Shown in pieces: positions 9,048-19,475 of a DNA stretch of 64,000 nt (position 1 is its first letter; the number at the start of each line of letters is the position of its first letter). The stretch lies in contig OZ246001.1 of NCBI GenBank assembly GCA_965230295.1, forward strand, positions 2,240,001 to 2,304,000, written 5' to 3'. The notes under the pieces were generated by a model. The model saw nothing but the letters and a program-made list of their open reading frames with translations. It did not search any database and was not told the DNA's origin. Source of the stretch: Marinicella sp. GTDB lineage: Bacteria > Pseudomonadota > Gammaproteobacteria > Xanthomonadales > Marinicellaceae. The translations under genes were made by a program, and so were the position numbers.

Positions 9048-9970
9048 TGGGTGTACCAGTCTGATTTAGCGGCCATAAAGGCTTCAACAGGCATGCGTTT
9101 CTTACCGGCTTTTTGCACCTCCAGCAATGCCAATTGTCCACTGCCACATTGGATGATGAGGTTGGCTTTATCGGCTTTGACTGTTTGGCCAACTTCAGTA
9201 CTGGGCCATTCACAGGAGATCACTTCAGCGGCCCAAATTTTTAGGGCATCGTCATTCAACACTGTGTGACTTCCAGGCCAGGGGTTGAAAGCCCTGATTT
9301 GGCGCTCAATCGCATCAGCGCTTTGGTGCCAATCAATCAGGCTTTCAGTTTTTTGTAATTTATGCGCATAAGTGGCCAGTGTGTCATCTTGTGATTTTGC
9401 AGGAGGCAAAGTGCCCGCCAGCAACTCTTGCACGCATGAAACAATGGCTTCACCGCCCATCAAACTCAATCGGTCATGCAGGCTTTGCCCGGTGTCATCG
9501 GGTCTGATGTCTGTTGGGTACATATGGAAAACCGGTCCTGTATCCAGGCCAGCTTCCATCTGCATGATGGCCACGCCTGTTTGTTCATCACCGGCCAAGA
9601 TGGCTCGGTGAATTGGAGCGGCGCCACGCCACCTGGGCAACAAAGAGGCATGGATGTTCCAACAGCCGTTTTTAGGCAAATCCAAGATGTTTTGTGGGAT
9701 GATCATGCCATAGGCCACAACCACCATCAGATCAGCTTGTTGTGCTGAAATCAATTCCACCACCTCTGGATCTTTCAGGCTGGTGGGTTGAAAAACAGGA
9801 ATGCCGTGCTTCTCTGCTTCAATCTTGACAGGGGTTTTCTGTACCAGTTGACCCCTGCCTTTGCGTTTATCCGGTTGTGTGAACACCGCTTTGACATTGA
9901 GTCCGGCAGCCACTAAATCGGCCAATGGTGGTACAGCAAAATCAGGTGTGCCACAAAAAATGATGTCCAT
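9044..9970 (-). CDS. fmt: Methionyl-tRNA formyltransferase
   Basis: GTPDFA, TQPDK, NIHASLLPRWRGAAPI, GLDTGP. Confidence 0.97.
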   Translation of the reverse strand: MDIIFCGTPDFAVPPLADLVAAGLNVKAVFTQPDKRKGRGQLVQKTPVKIEAEKHGIPVFQPTSLKDPEVVELISAQQADLMVVVAYGMIIPQNILDLPKNGCWNIHASLLPRWRGAAPIHRAILAGDEQTGVAIMQMEAGLDTGPVFHMYPTDIRPDDTGQSLHDRLSLMGGEAIVSCVQELLAGTLPPAKSQDDTLATYAHKLQKTESLIDWHQSADAIERQIRAFNPWPGSHTVLNDDALKIWAAEVISCEWPSTEVGQTVKADKANLIIQCGSGQLALLEVQKAGKKRMPVEAFMAAKSDWYTQ

Positions 9971-9973
9971 GCT

Positions 9974-10591
9974 TCAAAGGTCCTCAAGTGGTAATGAAAT
10001 TTGTGAAGGCTTGATGCTGCCCTTGTCATGGAATATGCGTTTATATTCGACTCTGGAGACTGATACATACCGTTCATTGCCACCAATTTGAATTTGTGCC
10101 CCGGTTTTTATGGCCTGGCCATTCTCATCTATGCGCACCACCATGATGGCTTTTTTACCGGTGTGACAGATGGTCTTCAATTCGCGCAATTCATCGGCCC
10201 AAGCCAATAAGTATTGACTGCCCTCAAACAATTCGCCTTGAAAGTCTGTTCTCAAGCCATAGGCCAGGACAGGAATGTCGAGTTTATCGACAATCTCGGT
10301 GAGTTGATAGACTTGTGTTTTGCTTAAAAACTGGGCTTCGTCAACCAAGATACAATCCACCCTGGGTCGATTTTCAATCAACTCGAAAAGGTCTTCTGTT
10401 TGGTTGAATATGATCGATGGTGATTCGATGCCAATTCTGGATTTCACCACGCCTTGGCCGAAGCGATCATCCAATGACGATGACAAGATCAGCGTTTGCA
10501 TCCCGCGTTCGCGGTAATTGTGACTGGATTGTAATAAATGGGTGGTTTTACCCGCATTCATTGCGGAGTAGTAAAAGTACAATTTTGCCAT
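9974..10591 (-). CDS. tdk: Thymidine kinase
   Basis: [30 protein letters not shown]; start moved to ATG 10591 (ORF track starts at 10648). Confidence 0.95.
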   Translation of the reverse strand: MAKLYFYYSAMNAGKTTHLLQSSHNYRERGMQTLILSSSLDDRFGQGVVKSRIGIESPSIIFNQTEDLFELIENRPRVDCILVDEAQFLSKTQVYQLTEIVDKLDIPVLAYGLRTDFQGELFEGSQYLLAWADELRELKTICHTGKKAIMVVRIDENGQAIKTGAQIQIGGNERYVSVSRVEYKRIFHDKGSIKPSQISLPLEDL

Positions 10592-10805
10592 GCAAACCGA
10601 TCCATCAAAATGCAGTATTTTATCAGAAGGGGTAAATACTGACATCAATAGTCAGCCAACTATTTTCTGTGGTCATTCTTGAACAATTGAAAAATTAATT
10701 GCAAATTTATGAGGTTTCAGCCTGATTTCACACAAAAGTGACCAAAAAAATGTTATATTAATTAGGTTACCCGGGTCTTTATATTAACTTTAATAATTAA
10801 AACCA

Positions 10806-12293
10806 GTGAGGAAAAGGTACATACTAATTGGGACCATCTGTGTTGTTTTCTTAACGATGGCCTTGATTGCGGCCTTTTCTATTTCCCAACTCATCCAATC
10901 ACAGCCAGATCTGATAGCTGTACAAAATAAATTGTTGCTGCTTAATGCGCTGGTGGTGGTCAGTGTGGCTGGTTTGATTTATATGGCTCATGTGGCCATC
11001 TATCAAACCCGCAGAAATCGTTGGTTAGGCATCATCAGAAAGGCCAATGTTGATCTCCTGACAGGTTTACCCAATCAATACAAATTGATCAAAGACCTCA
11101 AACATTCTGAGCACACCAATTTGGCATTTCTCAAATTTCACAACTACAATGGGATCCTCAGTACCTATGGCCCAGCCATCACCGATGGTGTGGTGAAACA
11201 AGTGGCTGCTGTACTGGCCAGTTTCAGCCACCCCATGCTGAAAAAATCGTCTTGTTATTACATTCAACAAGCGGTTTTTGCCATTTTGGAAGACCAAGAG
11301 GCAGATTATGAACGCATTGCCACCATCACCAAAGCCATTGTCAAAAAAATCATGTCGACCCGTTATCAGGTGGGTGATGATGAATACATCGCTCTGAACA
11401 TCACGGTGGGTGCTGTGCGTCAAAAAGAAGATGCTTTTACATTGGCCAATATGGCATTACAAGAAGCTGAATCCAAAAAACTGCAGTTCTATTTGATTGA
11501 TCAGTCAAAAAGCATGATTCCGGAAACCTACAAGCGGGATTTGGCGCTGACTCAAGCTTTGTTGCTTGGCATTCAACAGCGACGGGTGGTGCCGTACTTT
11601 CAGCCGATCTTTTCTTCGAAGAATCAATCGATTCAAAAATATGAATGTTTGGCACGCATGTTAGACAGTAACCACGAAGTGGAGATGATGCCCAATGCCT
11701 TCATGCATTTAGCCCATCGGGCCAACCTTTATTATCTGATCACCCGCATCATGGTCAGTCAGGCCGTGCGGTTTGCCAAAGCCAATCAAGTCATTGTTAC
11801 CATCAACATCAGCATGACCGACATCAACAACAGGCGCACTTGTGATTATATCTTTAAAAAAGTCAAAAGCTCAGGAGTGGGGCACCTGATTCAATTCGAG
11901 TTGCTGGAGAATGAAGCCATATTAGAATCTGATGCCATAGTTGCTTTCATTCACAAAGCACATGAACTGGGTTGCCAAGTGGGGATGGATGATTTGGGCA
12001 AGGGGTATTCGAATATTGAGCGGTTGATTAACTTGCCCATCGATTTTGTGAAAATTGATCGCAGCATCATGGAAAACGTAACACAGAATCTTGAAATGCA
12101 GAATGTGGCCAGAGGCATTGTGAAACTGGCTCACAAGAAAGGCTTGCAAGTGGTGGCAGAATTTTGTGCTGATGCCACCATCACCAACATGGCCATTGAC
12201 TTGGGGGTGGATTACCTCCAGGGTCATTACTTAGGTGAGCCATCACCTGGTGTGGTCGAGGAAAAAAAACAAGTGGTTAGTGCCTGTTCATAA
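10806..12293 (+). CDS. Membrane-anchored EAL phosphodiesterase with degenerate GGDEF domain
   Basis: Two N-terminal TMs; DLLTGLPN but YYIQQAVF in place of GGDEF; YECLARM, ELLE, DDLGKGYS, KIDRS, QGHY. Confidence 0.85.
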   Translation: MRKRYILIGTICVVFLTMALIAAFSISQLIQSQPDLIAVQNKLLLLNALVVVSVAGLIYMAHVAIYQTRRNRWLGIIRKANVDLLTGLPNQYKLIKDLKHSEHTNLAFLKFHNYNGILSTYGPAITDGVVKQVAAVLASFSHPMLKKSSCYYIQQAVFAILEDQEADYERIATITKAIVKKIMSTRYQVGDDEYIALNITVGAVRQKEDAFTLANMALQEAESKKLQFYLIDQSKSMIPETYKRDLALTQALLLGIQQRRVVPYFQPIFSSKNQSIQKYECLARMLDSNHEVEMMPNAFMHLAHRANLYYLITRIMVSQAVRFAKANQVIVTINISMTDINNRRTCDYIFKKVKSSGVGHLIQFELLENEAILESDAIVAFIHKAHELGCQVGMDDLGKGYSNIERLINLPIDFVKIDRSIMENVTQNLEMQNVARGIVKLAHKKGLQVVAEFCADATITNMAIDLGVDYLQGHYLGEPSPGVVEEKKQVVSACS

Positions 12294-12388
12294 GTCCCTT
12301 CATTCATTCAATCACTAAACTTCACCGGGTTCATCAAATGAATCTGATAGAATAACGGCTTGCTCGAAATCTTTAACAACTTTTTTGT

Positions 12389-12712
12389 ATGAATTATCCA
12401 TTTATACAGGTCTTTGTCAGCTGTGAATCAAAGGCTCAAGCGAAAACCATGGTTGATTCCTTGTTGAATGACCAGATAATAGCTTGTGCACAAATCTTGC
12501 CTGCGGTGGAATCTCACTATCGATGGCAGGGTCAAGTTAATCAGGACACTGAAACTTTGTTGTTGTTGAAGAGTCAATCAAAACACTTCAAAGCGATTGA
12601 AGCAACGGTGAAGAAGTTGCATTCATATGATGTGCCAGAAATCATTGCTGTGCCCATAGTGGCTGGCCAACCAGACTATTTGAATTGGATCAATGAACAA
12701 ACTAACAAATAA
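12389..12712 (+). CDS. cutA: Divalent-cation tolerance protein CutA
   Basis: ACAQILP.VESHYRWQG, HSYDVPEIIA; upstream of dsbD. Confidence 0.92.
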   Translation: MNYPFIQVFVSCESKAQAKTMVDSLLNDQIIACAQILPAVESHYRWQGQVNQDTETLLLLKSQSKHFKAIEATVKKLHSYDVPEIIAVPIVAGQPDYLNWINEQTNK

Positions 12713-14909
12713 AATCACCTGGATATCAGCCGTGTGGATGCTGGTGTTCTTTCAGGCCCAAACATCAGCCATGGACAACCCGCCACCGCCCGATGAAGCG
12801 ATGAAAGTTTCAGTGAAGGTGGTGAATAAAGATGTCGTTAAGGTCACCTTTGATTTGATAGATGACGTGTACTTATACCGCCATGCTTTTGGGTTCAGCG
12901 GAGAAGGTTTAACTGTCAATGAAGACTTGTTGGTCATCCCGGAAGGCAAAGAAAAAGATGATCCGGCATTTGGTTTGGTTGAAACTTACTATGGATCTGT
13001 CAGCATCGATGTGCCAGTATCATCAGTGGGCCCCGATCCCAAGTTGATGGTCAGGTACCAAGGTTGTGTCGAAAATTTTATCTGCTACCCACCACAGAGA
13101 AAATCATTTGATTTGACCGGTCAATTACCGAGCAATCAAGTGAGTCAATCAGCGCCATCAGGTGGTTTACTCAACACCACAAACGCCAGCTTTTTTGGTG
13201 GTGATCAGCAATTATTGCCGGTTGATCAGGCTTTTCAATTTGAAACCATCGCACTGGATGCTGATTTGTTGATGGTGCGTTTCACCATGGCGCCGAATAT
13301 CTATCTGTATAAGGATCAGGTGCAGTTCAGTACTTTTACTGATGGCGTGCAATTGGGTGAGCCGATGTTTCCACAGGCGCAGTTAAAAGATGATCCTGAG
13401 TTTGGTTTGGTCGATGTTTTTTATGATGTGGCAGAAATAGAGCTGCCGTACTCACGATCAAAAGCAGGCATTGAAAAACTCGACATTGAGGCTGCTTTTC
13501 AGGGCTGTGAGGACGGCAAAGTGTGTTACCCGCCAACGGCTCAACTGGTGACGGTTGACCTGCCTGCAGCCAATCAGTTGGTTGATTCGGCAACAACTCC
13601 GGTTGAAGAGGCCGCTGAACTTTCAGAAACAGATGCCATCATAAAGGGTTTTGACGGTTCAATCTGGTTGGTTGTGTTGCAGTTTTTTGGTTTTGGCTTG
13701 TTGTTGTCCTTGACCCCATGTGTGTTTCCAATGATTCCCATCTTGTCAGGATTAATTGTCGGCCAAAAAGACCCATCCACAGCCAAGGCGTTCAGCTTGT
13801 CAGTGATTTATGTGTTGGCCATGGCCTTGACCTATACCTTTGTGGGTGTGTTGGCCGGCTTGGCAGGTACCAATTTACAGGCACTGTTCCAAACCCCATG
13901 GATCATCATCAGTTTTTCTTTGGTCTTTGTGTTGTTGGCTTTGAGCATGTTTGGGTTTTACGACTTACAACTACCGGCAAGTTGGCAAAGTAAGTTATCC
14001 AGCATTTCCAACCAACAAAAAAGTGGTTCATGGCTGGGCGTGGCAGTGATGGGCTTGTTATCCGCTTTGATTGTCGGGCCTTGCGTTGCGCCTCCCTTGG
14101 CAGCGGCAGTGATTTACATTTCATCGGCAGATGGTGGACCTGTGGTTGGTGGTTTGGCTTTGTTTGCCATGTCCATGGGCATGGGCGTGCCTTTGATAGC
14201 CATTGGTACTTCGGCAGGAAAATGGATGCCCAACGCGGGTGGCTGGATGAATGTGATTAAATCGTTCTTTGGGGTGTTGTTGATCGGCATGGCCATTTGG
14301 TTCTTGTCTCGCATCATGCCAGAGAATGTGATTTTATTGCTGTGGGGTTTGTTGTCTATTGCCACGGCGGTTATGTGGCACCAGCATGCCAAAGACAATG
14401 GATTGACTGGTTGGGTGATGTCTATGTTTGATGCCATCAAGGTGATCTTGTTGGTGGTTGGTGTGGCCCAGTTAATTGGTGCCATGGCAGGTCAATCAGA
14501 CCCACTGCGGCCATTGAAAGGTGTCTTCACAGCAAGTTCAGTGACGGAACAAAAAGTGGTGTTCAAAAAAATTAAATCTTTGGACGACTTAAACCGTGAA
14601 ATCGAGAACAGTGATCAGCCAGTGTTTTTGGATTTTTACGCGGACTGGTGTATTGAATGTATTCGCATGGAAAAGACCACTTTTAAGGATCCGGAAATTG
14701 TGGCATTGTCAGAGCAAATGACTGTTTTAAAAGCGGATGTCACAGCCAATGACGAATTGGATGCAGCACTGATGAAGCATTTTGGCATAGTTGGTCCGCC
14801 AGCCAGTTTATTCTTCGCTGCGGATGGTACACCGCTGAAGGCTCAGAACTTCTTTGGTTATAAATCTGCTGCCGACTTAAAACAAACGTTTGAAAAAATA
14901 CTAAAATAA
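12693..14909 (+). CDS. dsbD: Thiol:disulfide interchange protein DsbD
   Basis: Two N-terminal Ig-like domains (GCVENFICYPP, GCEDGKVCYPP), TM TPCVFPMIP and GPCVAP, thioredoxin FYADWCIEC. Confidence 0.95.
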   Translation: MNKLTNKITWISAVWMLVFFQAQTSAMDNPPPPDEAMKVSVKVVNKDVVKVTFDLIDDVYLYRHAFGFSGEGLTVNEDLLVIPEGKEKDDPAFGLVETYYGSVSIDVPVSSVGPDPKLMVRYQGCVENFICYPPQRKSFDLTGQLPSNQVSQSAPSGGLLNTTNASFFGGDQQLLPVDQAFQFETIALDADLLMVRFTMAPNIYLYKDQVQFSTFTDGVQLGEPMFPQAQLKDDPEFGLVDVFYDVAEIELPYSRSKAGIEKLDIEAAFQGCEDGKVCYPPTAQLVTVDLPAANQLVDSATTPVEEAAELSETDAIIKGFDGSIWLVVLQFFGFGLLLSLTPCVFPMIPILSGLIVGQKDPSTAKAFSLSVIYVLAMALTYTFVGVLAGLAGTNLQALFQTPWIIISFSLVFVLLALSMFGFYDLQLPASWQSKLSSISNQQKSGSWLGVAVMGLLSALIVGPCVAPPLAAAVIYISSADGGPVVGGLALFAMSMGMGVPLIAIGTSAGKWMPNAGGWMNVIKSFFGVLLIGMAIWFLSRIMPENVILLLWGLLSIATAVMWHQHAKDNGLTGWVMSMFDAIKVILLVVGVAQLIGAMAGQSDPLRPLKGVFTASSVTEQKVVFKKIKSLDDLNREIENSDQPVFLDFYADWCIECIRMEKTTFKDPEIVALSEQMTVLKADVTANDELDAALMKHFGIVGPPASLFFAADGTPLKAQNFFGYKSAADLKQTFEKILK

Positions 14910-14981
14910 GCAGTTTTCTGGACATTCGCAGCCAATTGATGCACAATCGCGGAACTTAGAAGCGAAATTTGTTTTGTTCAT

Positions 14982-15410
14982 ATGCGTGAAATTGCCATCA
15001 TCAATGGTCCAAATTTAAATTTATTGGGGGTTAGGGAGCCAGAAGTTTATGGTTCCGAGACCTTACAGGACATCAACCAGTCCTTGTCAAACCTGGCCAA
15101 TGAATTGAATTTGTCATTGCGCTTTTTACAGTCCAACGCAGAGCATGAAATCGTGGGGTATATTCACCAGTGTTTTTCAGATCAAATTTCAGGCATCATC
15201 ATCAACCCGGCGGCATTCACCCACACCAGCGTGGCCATTCGTGATGCCTTGTTGGGAACACAAATTCCTTTTATCGAAGTGCACTTATCTAACGTCCATG
15301 CCAGAGAATCTTTCAGGGCTGAATCATGGTTGTCAGACGTGGCCATTGGAACCATCACAGGATTGGGTTCGATGGGATATGCCATGGCTCTTCGGTATTG
15401 GGCAGACTAA
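14982..15410 (+). CDS. aroQ: Type II 3-dehydroquinate dehydratase
   Basis: [32 protein letters not shown]. Confidence 0.96.
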   Translation: MREIAIINGPNLNLLGVREPEVYGSETLQDINQSLSNLANELNLSLRFLQSNAEHEIVGYIHQCFSDQISGIIINPAAFTHTSVAIRDALLGTQIPFIEVHLSNVHARESFRAESWLSDVAIGTITGLGSMGYAMALRYWAD

Positions 15411-15439
15411 ACACATTAAATCAATCACAGGATACAGCA

Positions 15440-15895
15440 ATGGATATCAGAAAAATTAAAAAACTCATTGAACTGTTGGAACAATCTTCTTTGACTGAAA
15501 TGGAAATCACCGAAGGCGAAGAAACAGTCAAATTGTCACGCACCACTCAGGCTGCACCTGCAGCTGCGCCCGTGCAGGCTCAAACCATCCAAGCTGCAGC
15601 ACCCGTTGCTGCTGCGCCAGCCGCCCCAGCTGCAGAAGCACCAGCTGCTGAAGAACCATCAGGATTGTTGGTACGCAGTCCCATGGTAGGTACCTTTTAT
15701 GCATCTCCTTCGCCAGACTCGGAAGCTTTTGTTAAAGTCGGTCAGAGTGTCAATGTCGGCGATACTTTATGCATGGTCGAAGCGATGAAAATGTTCAATC
15801 AAATTGAATCTGAGCACAAAGGCAAGATCAAAAGAATTTTGGTTGAGAATGGCCAACCGGTTGAATTCGATGAGCCTTTGTTTGAAATTGAGTGA
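15440..15895 (+). CDS. accB: Acetyl-CoA carboxylase biotin carboxyl carrier protein
   Basis: [11 protein letters not shown] start at 15440, Ala/Pro linker, EAMKM biotin site. Confidence 0.97.
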   Translation: MDIRKIKKLIELLEQSSLTEMEITEGEETVKLSRTTQAAPAAAPVQAQTIQAAAPVAAAPAAPAAEAPAAEEPSGLLVRSPMVGTFYASPSPDSEAFVKVGQSVNVGDTLCMVEAMKMFNQIESEHKGKIKRILVENGQPVEFDEPLFEIE

Positions 15896-15909
15896 GCTGA
15901 GAGAATATT

Positions 15910-17256
15910 ATGTTCAGTAAAATAGTCATCGCCAACCGGGGTGAAATTGCCCTGCGAATATTAAGGGCCTGTCAAACTTTGGGGGTGAAAACTGTAGCGG
16001 TTCATTCAACCATAGACCGCAACCAAAAACATGTGGGCATGGCCGACGAGTCAGTTTGTATTGGTCCACCCTCATCGGTTGAATCGTACTTAGACATCCC
16101 CAAAATCATTGCTGCAGCTGAAGTGACTGATGCAGAAGCCATTCACCCAGGATATGGGTTTTTGGCTGAGAATGCAGAGTTCGCTGAATGCATAGCCGAA
16201 TCTGGATTTAAATTCATTGGCCCAAGGGCCGAAACCATCCGCTTGATGGGTGATAAGGTGGCAGCCATTGAAGCCATGAAGCAAGCAGGCGTGCCCTGTG
16301 TACCCGGTTCAGATGGCCCATTGAATGATGATCCTGAAAGAAACCTGGGTATTGCCAAAAAAATTGGTTACCCCATCATTGTTAAAGCAGCTGCGGGTGG
16401 TGGCGGGCGTGGTATGCGCGTGGTCCACACCGAAGCCGCTTTAAACAACGCCATCATGACCACCAAAACCGAAGCCAAAGCCGCCTTTGGTGATGATACG
16501 GTTTACATGGAAAAGTATTTGGAAAACCCACGGCACATTGAAATTCAAGTGTTGTCTGATATGCATGGCCATGCCATCCATTTGGCTGAACGTGATTGCT
16601 CCATGCAACGCCGTCACCAAAAAGTGGTGGAAGAGGCGCCTGCTCCAGGCTTGAGCGAAAAAGAACGGGCCGCCATCGGCGAAGTTTGTGTTGAAGCCTG
16701 TAAACGGATCAAATACGAAGGGGCTGGCACATTTGAATTTTTGTATGATGATGGGCGGTTTTATTTCATCGAAATGAACACCCGCATACAGGTAGAGCAT
16801 CCGGTCACAGAATTAATCACCGGTGTTGATTTGATCAAACAGCAGCTGCTGATAGCCAGTGGTGAACCGATGAAGATTCAACAGTCTGACATCAAGATTT
16901 CTGGCCATGCCATTGAGTGTCGCGTCAATGCTGAAGATCCTGACACTTTCATGCCGTCACCTGGCACGATAGATATTTTCCATGCGCCCGGCGGGCCTGG
17001 CGTGCGGGTAGATTCGCATGTCTATGATGGCTACCGTGTGCCACCCAATTATGATTCAATGATAGGTAAAATCATCACCCATGGTGAAGACCGCATCACT
17101 GCCATCAGGCGCATGCGTTTGGCCTTGGCAGAAACGGTGGTTAATGGCATCAAATCCAACATACCATTGCAGCAAAGAATCATGAATGATCAGGGTTTTG
17201 TAGCGGGTGGTAAAAACATCCATTATTTAGAAAAACGCCTCAACGAAAACAAATAA
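15910..17256 (+). CDS. accC: Biotin carboxylase
   Basis: [46 protein letters not shown]. Confidence 0.97.
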   Translation: MFSKIVIANRGEIALRILRACQTLGVKTVAVHSTIDRNQKHVGMADESVCIGPPSSVESYLDIPKIIAAAEVTDAEAIHPGYGFLAENAEFAECIAESGFKFIGPRAETIRLMGDKVAAIEAMKQAGVPCVPGSDGPLNDDPERNLGIAKKIGYPIIVKAAAGGGGRGMRVVHTEAALNNAIMTTKTEAKAAFGDDTVYMEKYLENPRHIEIQVLSDMHGHAIHLAERDCSMQRRHQKVVEEAPAPGLSEKERAAIGEVCVEACKRIKYEGAGTFEFLYDDGRFYFIEMNTRIQVEHPVTELITGVDLIKQQLLIASGEPMKIQQSDIKISGHAIECRVNAEDPDTFMPSPGTIDIFHAPGGPGVRVDSHVYDGYRVPPNYDSMIGKIITHGEDRITAIRRMRLALAETVVNGIKSNIPLQQRIMNDQGFVAGGKNIHYLEKRLNENK

Positions 17257-17266
17257 GCAATATCGC

Positions 17267-18151
17267 ATGGCGTTCTTTGAATTGACCGTTTTTGTGTCGC
17301 AAGCCTTGTCTGAGGAAATTGATGAGGCTTTGCAGGCCTTTGGGGCTGTTGGGGTCACTTATGCTGATGCCAAAGACAGCCCCATATACGAACCCAAACC
17401 GGGTGAAATGCCCCTGTGGAGTTACATCAAAATCACCGGCTTGTTTGATGATGATCAGCAAATGGAACAAGCCTGCCAACAATTGGCTCGCACCCATCCC
17501 CAACTGGAACAGTTAAAAACTCAACTCAAAGATCAAGTATGGGAGCGGGTCTGGATGGATCATTTCAAACCCATTCAATTTGGCCAAAACAGTTGGGTGA
17601 TTCCTGAAGGTTATGACTTGATTGATCCTACAGCCAAGAATTTGATTCTTGACCCAGGGCTGGCATTTGGTACCGGTACCCACGAAACCACTGCATTGTG
17701 CCTCAAATGGTTGGACCAAAATGATGTGACCGGCAAAACCTTGGTTGATTTCGGCTGCGGTTCCGGCATTTTGGCAGTGATGGCTTTGTTGCATGGGGCT
17801 GAAAAAGTCATTTGTGTTGATATCGATGATCAAGCCATCCAGGCTACTCGACAAAACGCAGAGAAAAATGGAGTTGCCAGTGGTATTGAGGTGGTAAACC
17901 CTGAAAATGTGCACAGCATCAAAAATCAAGATGGAATAATGGCTAATATATTAGCTGAACCATTGATGGCGCTTTGCGATGATTTCCACCAAATGCTCAA
18001 AGCTGATGGGTTCATAGTGCTCAGTGGCATCTTGAAATCACAGAAAAACATGATTTGTGAGAAATATGCTTCTCGATTTGTTGACATTGAGTGTGAAATT
18101 GAACAAGATTGGGTTCGTGTGGGAGCCATCAAAGGTCCAGTCAGCAAATAA
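17267..18151 (+). CDS. prmA: Ribosomal protein L11 methyltransferase
   Basis: LDPGLAFGTGTHETT, DFGCGSGILA, ANILA. Confidence 0.96.
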   Translation: MAFFELTVFVSQALSEEIDEALQAFGAVGVTYADAKDSPIYEPKPGEMPLWSYIKITGLFDDDQQMEQACQQLARTHPQLEQLKTQLKDQVWERVWMDHFKPIQFGQNSWVIPEGYDLIDPTAKNLILDPGLAFGTGTHETTALCLKWLDQNDVTGKTLVDFGCGSGILAVMALLHGAEKVICVDIDDQAIQATRQNAEKNGVASGIEVVNPENVHSIKNQDGIMANILAEPLMALCDDFHQMLKADGFIVLSGILKSQKNMICEKYASRFVDIECEIEQDWVRVGAIKGPVSK

Positions 18152-18257
18152 GACTGACAAATAATCTAGTTTTCTCGAAAGAACGGCTTATTAGTGTGTG
18201 CTTGTGATTGTGTGTGATAACTGGTCAATTTAGTGAATTTAGACGCAGAGAAATAAT

Positions 18258-19064
18258 TTGTATACTCAATGCAGAGGTTGTGGAGAAGTTTTTGTGATCG
18301 AGGTCGATCACTTAACGCATGCTCGCGGTCAAGTCAGATGTAATTTGTGTGGCACCGTGTTCGATGGAATGGAGACATTGAGTGCCGAAAGGCCGCATGA
18401 AGATGAAGATTTGTTGTTGCATGATTTTGACAACGCACCCCCCTTATTGACCCAGGCTTACCACTCAATGCAAGTGGCGGATACGGTTGAAGAAGAACTC
18501 ACTGAACCGCACACCCCCGATTTTATCACTGCTGAGGAATCGGTTGCTGATGTTCCCTTTGTGGCGGAAAAACGCATCCAGAAAGAACCCAAAACTTCTA
18601 ATTGGGTTTGGAGTGGTTTATCTTTTGTGATGGTGGTTGTTTTGTTGTGGCAAGCACAAATGGCCATTGCTTCTGGACAAGTCAAATTGCCTGATCATCC
18701 ACTGAGTGAAAAATTATGTGGGCTGATGGACTGTGCCAAGCCCGCTGAGGAAGTTGATTTGAATGCCATTTCATTGGTTTCACGTAACATCAGACCCCAT
18801 CCTGGACGTGATCAAGCATTGATCATCACAGCCAGCATGATCAATGCCAATAAAGACAACCAAAAATTTCCTGCCTTGGAAATCAAGTTGTCAGATCTAG
18901 ATGGACAAATTGTGGCGATGCGTCGCTTCATTGCGGCTGAATATGTGCCTGCAGATGTGTTGCGTGCTGGCTTTGTCGCCAATACATTGATTCCAGTCAA
19001 CTTGGAAATTGTCAGTCCTGGTGACAATGCAGTGGCTTTTGAAATAGGTTTTGTGCAACCATGA
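18258..19064 (+). CDS. Zinc-ribbon / DUF3426 membrane protein
   Basis: CRGC...VRCNLC zinc ribbon, one TM, periplasmic domain; usual neighbour of prmA. Confidence 0.8.
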   Translation: MYTQCRGCGEVFVIEVDHLTHARGQVRCNLCGTVFDGMETLSAERPHEDEDLLLHDFDNAPPLLTQAYHSMQVADTVEEELTEPHTPDFITAEESVADVPFVAEKRIQKEPKTSNWVWSGLSFVMVVVLLWQAQMAIASGQVKLPDHPLSEKLCGLMDCAKPAEEVDLNAISLVSRNIRPHPGRDQALIITASMINANKDNQKFPALEIKLSDLDGQIVAMRRFIAAEYVPADVLRAGFVANTLIPVNLEIVSPGDNAVAFEIGFVQP

Positions 19065-19303
19065 AACCATCTGATCAAAACCAAAAAGCCTTTACCCGAG
19101 AATCAGTCAGGTTGTATCTTGAATCTTTGAATGGCCACAGCACCAATTGTTTGTATGATTTGGTGATTGATGAAACAGAAAAAGGCATGATCATGGAAGT
19201 ATTGAATTGGTGTAAGGGTAACCGATCTAAAGCCGCTGATATTTTAGGCATCACCCGCACCACCCTGCGCAACAAAATGCGCAAGTTGAAAATATCGGAC
19301 TGA
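19061..19303 (+). CDS. fis: Fis-family DNA-binding protein (short form)
   Basis: LYDLVIDETEK...GNRSKAADILGITRTTLRNKM; upstream of purH. Confidence 0.8.
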   Translation: MKPSDQNQKAFTRESVRLYLESLNGHSTNCLYDLVIDETEKGMIMEVLNWCKGNRSKAADILGITRTTLRNKMRKLKISD

Positions 19304-19475
19304 GTATTTCACAAGGGATGGATTCCCTGAATTGTCAGTAGCACAAAAAAATACAGCTGGGTGGGGCGGAATAGAATTATTTTTGTTTGTAGGCTGTAAA
19401 ACTTAGATAATCAATTCATTTAAAAAATAATCGCGTTTATAATACGCGGCTTCCTGACCATAATATAGACAAATC

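Noticed and set aside
15326-15439. N-terminal extensions in the ORF track for accB (also tdk, mutL, the kinase, SPOR, SDRs, MarR, cupin)
   Set aside because: They overlap upstream genes or operators, or precede the family-typical start, so downstream ATGs were used.
15541-15660. GCT/GCA/CCA-rich quasi-repeat
   Set aside because: Ordinary Ala/Pro linker of AccB.
19304-19475. ZTP (pfl) riboswitch upstream of purH
   Set aside because: Consensus segments and pseudoknot not found; only a weak hairpin.
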